Assembly (NCBI GenBank): GCA_910576325.1
Contig: CAJTIM010000034.1
Coordinates: 9,942 to 33,941 of the forward strand
From: Clostridia bacterium
GTDB lineage: Bacteria; Bacillota; Clostridia; Lachnospirales; Lachnospiraceae
Reading direction: 5' to 3'
Length of the DNA: 24,000 nucleotides
Shown here in pieces: positions 16,429 to 22,456 of this stretch. The number at the start of each line of letters is the position of its first letter. Within the stretch, counting starts at the first letter, position 1. Made by a program: the position numbers and the translations under genes. Below the pieces are notes generated by a model. It saw only the letters and a list, made by a program, of their open reading frames with translations, had not been told where the DNA came from and did no database searches.

Positions 16429-16501
16429 GGGCTGCCGCAAAATAAGACAGCAGACTTTTCCGATTATCGGAAATGGCTGATGGCCTATTTTGCAACAGCC
16501 C
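16429..16501 (-). terminator. Long composite hairpin followed by a U run, between the GrdB-like gene and the M42-like gene (terminator, attenuator or processing site)
   Basis: On the minus strand, GGGCUGUUGCAAAAUA pairs with UAUUUUGCGGCAGCCC, giving 16 bp including two G-U pairs that would be A-C mismatches on the plus strand. The inner hairpin is TTTCCGAT-A-ATCGGAAA (16457-16473). The stem is followed by UUUU and then directly by the SD: AAAAGGAGAAATATG. Confidence 0.5.
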
Positions 16502-16521
16502 CTTTCACCACATTTCTATTC

Positions 16522-17046
16522 TTAATAGCAGACACGCTTCTTGATATCTTCCAAATCAGAAGAGGATTCAACCGTTCCCTTAATCAGATCGCAGAGATCC
16601 GAAAAGCTGTCATTTAATCCGGTTCCGCCCTTTTTCGGCATCTTTACAATAGGCGTCTTGTCCTTGTAAAGCTCAATGGTCTCTCCGTTTTCCACTGACA
16701 TCATGGCACAGGACTTGATTTCCGTTTTCTCCAGGATAGAGGTTGAAATCATAGCTGCCATTTTCGCGTAGTCAGGGAAGTTAAAACAGGGACCGCATAC
16801 CACGAAGTCCGGTTTTACCTTCTTTACCATAGCCGTCATCTTTGTCACAACCTCTTCCTGGTTGTTCAGAAAGTATTCGTTGCCGCAGTAGAGGGTAGCC
16901 GCTACCTTGGCTCCAATCTTCTCCAGATGGGATTCCATCATTAAGGCTGAGCCGATTCCGCCTTTTACGGCCGTCAGTCCCACGTTGGGATTGGACTTCC
17001 CTCCGGCTCCTGCCAGACCCTGATCAAAAATTAATACGATATTCAT
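16522..17046 (-). CDS. Stand-alone protein resembling the N-terminal ~170 aa of glycine/sarcosine/betaine/proline reductase component B (GrdB/PrdB family)
   Basis: MNIVLIFDQGLAGAGGKSNPNVGLTAVKGGIGSALMMESHLEKIGAKVAATLYCGNEYFLNNQEEVVTKMTAMVKKVKPDFVVCGPCFNFPDY follows the GrdB N-terminal pattern as I remember it (H.INQF.AG.GGEE...GP.FNAGRY). The protein stops at TAA after 174 aa, well before the GrdB selenocysteine region. The track start at 17109 reads through the leader. The true start is ATG 17046, 6 nt after AGGAGG. Confidence 0.65.
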   Translation of the reverse strand: MNIVLIFDQGLAGAGGKSNPNVGLTAVKGGIGSALMMESHLEKIGAKVAATLYCGNEYFLNNQEEVVTKMTAMVKKVKPDFVVCGPCFNFPDYAKMAAMISTSILEKTEIKSCAMMSVENGETIELYKDKTPIVKMPKKGGTGLNDSFSDLCDLIKGTVESSSDLEDIKKRVCY

Positions 17047-17052
17047 ACTCTG

Positions 17053-17189
17053 CCTCCTATTTATAGTCGCTGCGCGACAGCACTGAAGGGTAAAGTCACT
17101 TCGACACACTTGTAGTGAGAGGAACTTTTATTCGAAAGGACACTCATAAAAGTTCCTCTCGTGTGTCTTTGCGACTTTACCGTCCAACC
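17053..17189 (-). repeat. Structured intergenic element, copy 1 (candidate 5' leader RNA of the GrdB-like cistron, or a MITE-like repeat)
   Basis: It is about 89% identical to copy 2. On the minus strand the folds are P1 UAAAGUC/GACUUUA, P2 GACACAC/GUGUGUC, a perfect 15-bp helix GAGAGGAACUUUUAU/AUAAAAGUUCCUCUC with loop GAGUGUCCUUUCGA, and then the mini-hairpin GUCGC-GCA-GCGAC directly before UAUAAAUAGGAGG and the ATG. Confidence 0.6.
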
Positions 17190-17208
17190 GATAATACTGT
17201 TTTTTGTC

Positions 17209-17231
17209 AGGGCTGCCCTCACGACAGCCCT
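17209..17231. other. Short GC-rich hairpin just downstream of the EIIC stop
   Basis: The plus strand reads AGGGCTGCC-CTCAC-GACAGCCCT. On the minus strand this forms a 9-bp stem (one G-U pair) with a GUGAG loop. The T run lies on the plus-strand side (TTCCTTTTTT), not downstream on the minus strand, so its role as a terminator for the EIIC transcript is doubtful. Confidence 0.35.
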
Positions 17232-17257
17232 TTCCTTTTTTATGTAGCTATATTTTC

Positions 17258-18610
17258 TCAGTCAAACTCCAGGTCGTCAAAGGACAAATCATCCAATTCG
17301 TCAGTCTTATTGCTCGTCTTGCTCTCATCGTCCACGTAGCGCTTGTCAAGCAGCTTGAAGAACGGATAGTAGATAAGAATATCCACCGCAAGCTGCACAA
17401 TCTGGACAACAGAACCCATGAAGGAACCGGTCACCAGGAATCCCGAGAAGATGATGGGACAGGTCCAGGGAAGCTGCACGCCCAAGGTAATCGGCATAAT
17501 ACCCGTTACCGTAGCCAGATATCCGATAATCGTATTTGCAACCGGCGCAAGGATGAAAGGAATTGCCATCAGCGGGTTCAATACAATCGGAAGACCGAAA
17601 ATCAACGGCTCGTTGATACCGAAGATACCGGCCGGCAGGGACAGCTTTCCTAAAGTCTTCATACGGTTGGATTTTCCAAGGAATGCCATCATAATAACAA
17701 GACCCAGGGTCGAGCCGCCGCCTCCGAAGTTGCAGAAGAAATCGGAGAAGCCTGCCGTAAAGATGTTGGTCATCTCAAGTCCTGCCTGAGCCGCCTCGTA
17801 GTTCTCCACAGTCAGTACCTTATGGATGGGGCTGAAAATGGTGTTAGTTACAGCCGGTCCGTTGATACCGAAGAACCAGAACAGCGTGGACAAGAACTGA
17901 TAGATTACCTCAAATCCGGACAATCTGCCAAGTCCCACCAGAGGCGCCTGGAGTACCCGGTAAATAAAGTAATGTACATACTCAAATGAAGTATGGTCGA
18001 AAATAATACCTACTACAAAGAATACGGTCATCGCAATTGCGGAAGGAATCAGGGAAGCAAAGGATTCCATAACCGCAGGCGGCACGCCGTCGGGCATCTT
18101 AATCACAAGCTTTTTGCGGATGGCCCATGCGTAAATCTCAACCGACAGAATCGCCGTAATCATGGCCAGGAACATTCCGGCCGTTCCCAGGAAGGTAAAC
18201 TGGAATCCGCTGAAGGATGCGGCCTCTGCTGCGCCCTCCACTTCCACTAATGTCTTCTGGGGCGTAATAATCAAAAAGCATACCAGTGCTACCACAGCAC
18301 CGCCGATTCGATTCTCCAGTCCCTTTTCTCTTGCATAGCAGTAACCGATACTCAATACACCAAGAAGCGCCACGCAGTCAAAGGCGATAGCGGATACTCT
18401 TCCCAGGTATGCATCCCAGCCGGCCCCGAAGATGGAGGTCATCATATTCAGGAAGCCCTCCAGGGGGAAGTTGGCAATCAGCAGGAAAATGGAACCCACA
18501 ATGGTGATGGGAACCGTAATCAGAAAACCGTCGCGGATCGCAGACAGTACCTTGTTCTTGGACAGCGCGTTTGCAACGGGCATCAAGAACTTCTCAAGTT
18601 TTTGCATCAT
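17258..18610 (-). CDS. PTS EIIC component, lactose/cellobiose (chitobiose) family
   Basis: The 450-aa polytopic protein has the N-terminus MMQKLEKFLMPVANALSKNKVLSAIRDGFLITVPITIVGSIFLLIANFP, typical of CelB/ChbC-type EIIC. It also has an unusual acidic C-terminal tail. Confidence 0.9.
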   Translation of the reverse strand: MMQKLEKFLMPVANALSKNKVLSAIRDGFLITVPITIVGSIFLLIANFPLEGFLNMMTSIFGAGWDAYLGRVSAIAFDCVALLGVLSIGYCYAREKGLENRIGGAVVALVCFLIITPQKTLVEVEGAAEAASFSGFQFTFLGTAGMFLAMITAILSVEIYAWAIRKKLVIKMPDGVPPAVMESFASLIPSAIAMTVFFVVGIIFDHTSFEYVHYFIYRVLQAPLVGLGRLSGFEVIYQFLSTLFWFFGINGPAVTNTIFSPIHKVLTVENYEAAQAGLEMTNIFTAGFSDFFCNFGGGGSTLGLVIMMAFLGKSNRMKTLGKLSLPAGIFGINEPLIFGLPIVLNPLMAIPFILAPVANTIIGYLATVTGIMPITLGVQLPWTCPIIFSGFLVTGSFMGSVVQIVQLAVDILIYYPFFKLLDKRYVDDESKTSNKTDELDDLSFDDLEFD

Positions 18611-18613
18611 AAC

Positions 18614-18937
18614 TTATTTCCCTCTACTTTCTTTGTAAAGCTTCATTGCTTTCTTTAGTACTCTTTCACCGTCCATGTTGCCATAGTCGGTGCTGTCGAT
18701 CACAGCAACGATGTGATCCTGGCCGTAACGCTCGTTTACCTTATCAAACAGGTGCTTTACCTGAGGTCCCAAGAGAATTACTTCCGGATTGAACTCACTG
18801 ACAACATCGCTCATATGTGTGTCTGAGAATGCCTTGATCTCAATGGGAAGCTCATGGGCGTCCGCCGTTTTCTGCATTTTGCTTGCAAGAAGGCTGGTTG
18901 ACATTCCTGCATTACAGAATAAATAGAATCGCTTCAT
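18614..18937 (-). CDS. PTS EIIB component, cellobiose type
   Basis: MKRFYLFCNAGMSTSLLASKMQ contains the active-site Cys in the LFCNAGMSTS loop, and the ~105-aa size fits. The track start at 18943 (MTMKRF) lies only 3 nt after AGGAGG, so the second ATG (18937) is preferred. Confidence 0.9.
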   Translation of the reverse strand: MKRFYLFCNAGMSTSLLASKMQKTADAHELPIEIKAFSDTHMSDVVSEFNPEVILLGPQVKHLFDKVNERYGQDHIVAVIDSTDYGNMDGERVLKKAMKLYKESRGK

Positions 18938-18962
18938 GGTCATTTTCCTCCTTTCTGTCTCT

Positions 18963-19265
18963 TTACTTTTTATAAAGCTCTATCAGCTCGGAAGCCAGTA
19001 ACTTAATTGTCTCCGCAGCCATCAGCTGATCCTCCGCATGCATCAGAAGCAGGCATACTTCTGTCTTTTCGCCGCTTGCTTCCTTGGTGATTAATTCCGC
19101 ATGCTCCTTGTGTCCGTTCACATAGCAGGAATCGCCATGCTTCATTGCCTCTTCCGCCTTCTCAAAGTCGCCCTTCTTGGCAGCTTCCAGTGCGGAGATG
19201 TAGTCGCTCTTTGCCTCTCCTACCGCAGAGATGATCTTAAAACAGATCAGTTCCATTTCTTCCAT
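18963..19265 (-). CDS. PTS EIIA component, lactose/cellobiose family
   Basis: The 100-aa helical protein has LLLMHAEDQLMAAE (the phosphorylatable His context HA.D.LM) and an N-terminal ISAVGEAKS motif. Confidence 0.9.
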   Translation of the reverse strand: MEEMELICFKIISAVGEAKSDYISALEAAKKGDFEKAEEAMKHGDSCYVNGHKEHAELITKEASGEKTEVCLLLMHAEDQLMAAETIKLLASELIELYKK

Positions 19266-19297
19266 AAATCCCGTCCTCCATTCCAGTTCTGTATGAA

Positions 19298-19858
19298 TTA
19301 TTTATTGTCGATTACCTTACTGCCGGCCCAGATGTCATGCGCCGCTTTTCCGTCGCGGTATGCAAGCCACACAGACACTATAAATACGCCAAACAGCAGA
19401 TAATTCAGCGCCTTTCCCGCTGCGCCCAGGGTCAGCATGGTAAGCATCTGTACCGCATACTGGCCGGTGAGCAGAAAGGCTCCCTCCAAAAGCATCACTC
19501 CCGCAAGCTGTCTCACGGCAAGACGGCCCGCCGGCAGGGGATTGTTGTCCTCCCCCACGATGCGAAGGTTCATAAGTCTTTTCCCAAGGGTCTGCCCTTT
19601 CCACACCCACATGGGAATCACATAGTAGTAAACGGCTCCGAATACCAGGCCCAAAAATCCTGCAAGCCATCCGTAGGGGGCATCAAAAAGGGTTAAATCC
19701 GTATTGATAACTACCTCTCCTGTGAGCATATTCCACAAAAGCCCTACCGGAATCACGCTGAAAGCCGAACCAAGATATCCGTCAAGAAGATAGGCAAATC
19801 CTCTTCGGCTCCACGGGGCCGGTACATAAACGGGTTCAGACTTCTTTTTTCCCTTCAT
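19298..19858 (-). CDS. RDD-family membrane protein
   Basis: The 186-aa protein has the N-terminal WSRRGFAYLLDGYL (RDD-family R..A...D pattern), three predicted hydrophobic segments and a conserved GQTLGKRLMNLRIV. It has a strong SD (AGGAGGTTGAA then ATG). Confidence 0.8.
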   Translation of the reverse strand: MKGKKKSEPVYVPAPWSRRGFAYLLDGYLGSAFSVIPVGLLWNMLTGEVVINTDLTLFDAPYGWLAGFLGLVFGAVYYYVIPMWVWKGQTLGKRLMNLRIVGEDNNPLPAGRLAVRQLAGVMLLEGAFLLTGQYAVQMLTMLTLGAAGKALNYLLFGVFIVSVWLAYRDGKAAHDIWAGSKVIDNK

Positions 19859-19863
19859 TTCAA

Positions 19864-19999
19864 CCTCCTATTTAAAGTCGCTGCGCGACAGCTCTAAAGG
19901 GTAAAGTCACTTCGATGCACCTGTAATGAGAGAAACTTTCATTCGAAAGGACACTCATGAAAGTTCCTCTCGTGCATCTTTGCGACTTTATCATCCAGC
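19864..19999 (-). repeat. Structured intergenic element, copy 2 (candidate 5' leader RNA of the first operon cistron, or a MITE-like repeat)
   Basis: The architecture matches copy 1. P2 is GAUGCAC/GUGCAUC, a double compensatory change relative to copy 1. The long helix is GAGAGGAACUUUCAU/AUGAAAGUUUCUCUC, with one compensatory pair and one G-U that would be an A-C mismatch on the plus strand. It ends GUCGCGCAGCGACUUUAAAUAGGAGGUUGAA and then the ATG. Confidence 0.6.
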
Positions 20000-20040
20000 A
20001 ACAAATCTTTTTCAAAAACACTTGACATTTCTTAGCTGGA

Positions 20041-21945
20041 CTATTCTATCAATTCTACAAAGGCTTTGGCTGTTTTCGCCTCCCGGATTCTGGACAGAAG
20101 AAGCGTGTCGTCGCAGATATTCCCGAACCAGTCAAAGAAAATCTTTAAAAGCTCCTTCTCATCATCCCGGATAGCCAGAAGCAGCACCAGATGAACCTGG
20201 TAATCTCCCCACTGAACCGGCTTTTTCAGAATGGCAATGCTCATGGTAGACTGAATGGCCGAGTAGTTCAGCGCATGGGGAATGGCATAGCCGTAGCTGA
20301 ATGAGGTGTACGCCATCTTCTCCCGGTCAAAGGTGGATTTCTTAAAGGTTTCGTCCACCCGGCCGCCCTCATACATCCGGTCGCACATATGGGTGATAAC
20401 TTCCTCATAGGTGTCGCAGTCCAGATTGTAATAGTAGTAATCTTCCAGAATCAGACACTTGATAAAGTTATTAAACTCCGTTTTGTAATGGCGCTTATCC
20501 AGGTCCGTAATAGCCTTGAATATCTTATACTCATCACTGGTATTCACAAACATGCTGATGACAATCGTAGGTATATCCAGCTTGTGGGTCAGCGGTATAG
20601 TAGAGATAATCAAATCCGGGTTCAGGCTTTCTATCGCCGGCGCCTCGTAGTAATTCAATATGGTATCAATGACGATCCGATCTCCAAAACGCTCCAGTAT
20701 CTTATCGCTGCATGCCCCCGACATGGTGTTGCTGTTGGGCTGAATCAAAACCACATGATAGTAATATTTGATGTTCAGCCGGTCATAAGCCGCGCCCAGG
20801 TGAATGGCCAGGAAGCCAATCTCATCCTCCGAAACCGAGGTCTCCATATATTCCTCGATGATATGCCCGACGAACACGCTCATCTCAAATACCATCGGAT
20901 AGGTCTTTTTGATTTCCGGCAGACAGATATTGGAAACAACCGCTCCCAGCTGTATCCGCTCCAGAAGATTCTGAAGGTGCAGTACCAGACCGTCCTTAAA
21001 GAGCATATCCGCCGAAAAATCAATGTCATACCTCTGCCGGGCCATGCTTACGATTTTCAGCATCAGCTCCTCTGCCTGTACCAGATAATCTTCCTTCTCA
21101 AACAGGGTGCTTCTCTGCCTTCCGATCAGCAGATTTGCAAATAAGACAACCTCATTCTCATTCAGCTCAAAGGAAAGTGTTGCTGTCACCCTTGTGAAAA
21201 ACTCCATCGCAATCTTATATTCCGGAGTGTCCCTTATTTCACAGCGGTAACGGTTCGTCTCCACATAGTTGTAGTTCATCATTCTCTGAATGGACACGCC
21301 TACGTGTATCATGAGCATGGGGAAGGTTTCCTCCCGCACCCGGTAACTGTATTTCTCCAGGATTTCTTCCAGGATATTTTTTACCTTTATCAGATCAAAA
21401 TTGGGGAAAAGCTCATCAATTTTATTCAGGTTGATGAAGTTTCCTTTGGTCTCATTGGCAAGTAAGTCCTTGTAAACAAACCGTTTGCTTTCCTCGCTCC
21501 CTTTTAGATAAATGTGGCTGCCTGTTTTGACCAACTCCACGCCGTCGTATTTTTCCAGCATTTCGGAAATCTTTTTCATATCATTTTTGATGGTAAATTC
21601 ACTTACGTAAATGTCATACTGGAGATCAAAAATGTTTAATTTCCGTTTGTTTAAAAGCAGTTTTTCGATGATGTATTTGCATCGTTCCTCGGAGGTCTGG
21701 GGGATATGCTCCCTTTGCTCCAAATCGCTTTCTTCCGAAACATCCTCATTGATCCGGTAGCCATAGCGCACGCTGGATTCTATAATGCCCTTGTAGGTCT
21801 TTCCCAACTGCTCCATGTCGCTGCGGATGGTCCGGTCCGAAACGCTGAGAATCGTTGACAGCTCCTTCCCTGTGATCCAATCCTTTTTCTCTTTTAAAAT
21901 TTGAAGAATTTTTTTCTGTCTCATTTGCATGGCTTTATTATACAT
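20041..21945 (-). CDS. PRD-domain transcriptional regulator of the LicR/MtlR/CelR type (HTH, PRD x2, EIIB-like, EIIA-like)
   Basis: There is an N-terminal winged-HTH region (KKILQILKEKKDWITGKELSTILSVSDRTIRSDMEQL), central PRD-like repeats and a C-terminal EIIA(Mtl/Fru)-like domain (SFSYGYAIPHALNYSAIQSTMSIAILKKPVQWGDYQVHLVLLLAI). The track start at GTG 21969 reads through the SD. ATG 21945 (MYNKAMQMRQKK) follows AAAGGAGGTGAGTTT. Confidence 0.85.
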   Translation of the reverse strand: MYNKAMQMRQKKILQILKEKKDWITGKELSTILSVSDRTIRSDMEQLGKTYKGIIESSVRYGYRINEDVSEESDLEQREHIPQTSEERCKYIIEKLLLNKRKLNIFDLQYDIYVSEFTIKNDMKKISEMLEKYDGVELVKTGSHIYLKGSEESKRFVYKDLLANETKGNFINLNKIDELFPNFDLIKVKNILEEILEKYSYRVREETFPMLMIHVGVSIQRMMNYNYVETNRYRCEIRDTPEYKIAMEFFTRVTATLSFELNENEVVLFANLLIGRQRSTLFEKEDYLVQAEELMLKIVSMARQRYDIDFSADMLFKDGLVLHLQNLLERIQLGAVVSNICLPEIKKTYPMVFEMSVFVGHIIEEYMETSVSEDEIGFLAIHLGAAYDRLNIKYYYHVVLIQPNSNTMSGACSDKILERFGDRIVIDTILNYYEAPAIESLNPDLIISTIPLTHKLDIPTIVISMFVNTSDEYKIFKAITDLDKRHYKTEFNNFIKCLILEDYYYYNLDCDTYEEVITHMCDRMYEGGRVDETFKKSTFDREKMAYTSFSYGYAIPHALNYSAIQSTMSIAILKKPVQWGDYQVHLVLLLAIRDDEKELLKIFFDWFGNICDDTLLLSRIREAKTAKAFVELIE

Positions 21946-22151
21946 AAACTCACCTCCTTTATTTTCCACATAATTTCCTAGCTGTTAGGAAAAAGTACGT
22001 GTCATTTTATATAACCTGTACATTGTAGCATGGGTTTGGAGGTTTCTCTACGTAAAAAACGACTATGCTGCGGATAATTTTTTATTTTCAGTTGTATATA
22101 CTTAGTGATATACTAAAGGATATCCGCCATCTTTAACCATTAGGAGATTTT

Positions 22152-22406
22152 ATGACTAAAAAGCATTTTAAAGAAAATCTGCTGCGCGGCCGGGGATGCT
22201 GTGTGCAGGCGGTTCAGAAAGATCCGGAGGCCTACGGAGCGCTCCTGTAAAAGGAGATTATCAAGAAAGAGGAATCGGCCTTTTTGACAAATCACAATTT
22301 CTGTGTTACATTTGACCCTGTTTGGGATATGATAAAAGAAGAATGCTTTCAGCCGGAATTTTGTTATTTGAAAAGGCGTTTGCCGATACCGGAAGAATGG
22401 TTCTAA
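22152..22406 (+). pseudogene. Small ORF interrupted by an in-frame TAA (32 codons, stop, 51 codons); a gene remnant or a 32-aa peptide gene
   Basis: A TAGGAGA SD lies 5 nt before ATG 22152. The ORF reads MTKKHFKENLLRGRGCCVQAVQKDPEAYGALL, then TAA (22248-22250), and the same frame stays open as KEIIKKEESAFLTNHNFCVTFDPVWDMIKEECFQPEFCYLKRRLPIPEEWF to TAA 22404-22406. No family recognised. Confidence 0.3.
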
Positions 22407-22456
22407 ATCTTATGACAGAATGATAAGCTTTAACTATAAAGCCGGAGATTAGGATA

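Noticed and set aside
16429-16524. A SECIS element or selenocysteine recoding for the GrdB-like gene, suggested by the hairpin right after its stop.
   Set aside because: The stop codon is TAA (16522-16524), not TGA. The protein ends far upstream of where GrdB carries Sec, and the frame beyond the stop is not open. The hairpin is better explained as a terminator-like structure.
17062-17075. A promoter reading of TATAAAT / TTTAAAT just upstream of the AGGAGG in the two structured elements.
   Set aside because: A transcript initiating a few nt downstream of that -10-like hexamer would start within or after the SD, and no acceptable -35 sits at 17-18 nt. The hexamer is more likely just part of the conserved element.
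16522-17109. N-terminal extensions in the ORF track: 16522-17109, 14336-15463, 20041-21969, 10589-11710 and 3289-3852.
   Set aside because: The extended starts (mostly GTG/TTG) read through the SD or through the structured leader and add non-homologous residues. Internal starts with well-spaced GGAGG-type SDs reproduce the family-typical N-termini, so I trimmed them to 17046, 15394, 21945, 11680 and 3843.
17053-19999. The repeated structured elements as RAT (ribonucleic antiterminator) targets of a BglG/LicT-type PRD antiterminator.
   Set aside because: The adjacent PRD protein is 634 aa with N-terminal HTH domains and EIIB/EIIA-like domains, which is the LicR/MtlR-type DNA-binding activator layout. 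It is not a ~280-aa CAT-PRD antiterminator. The elements do not show the short RAT hairpin overlapping a canonical U-tract terminator.
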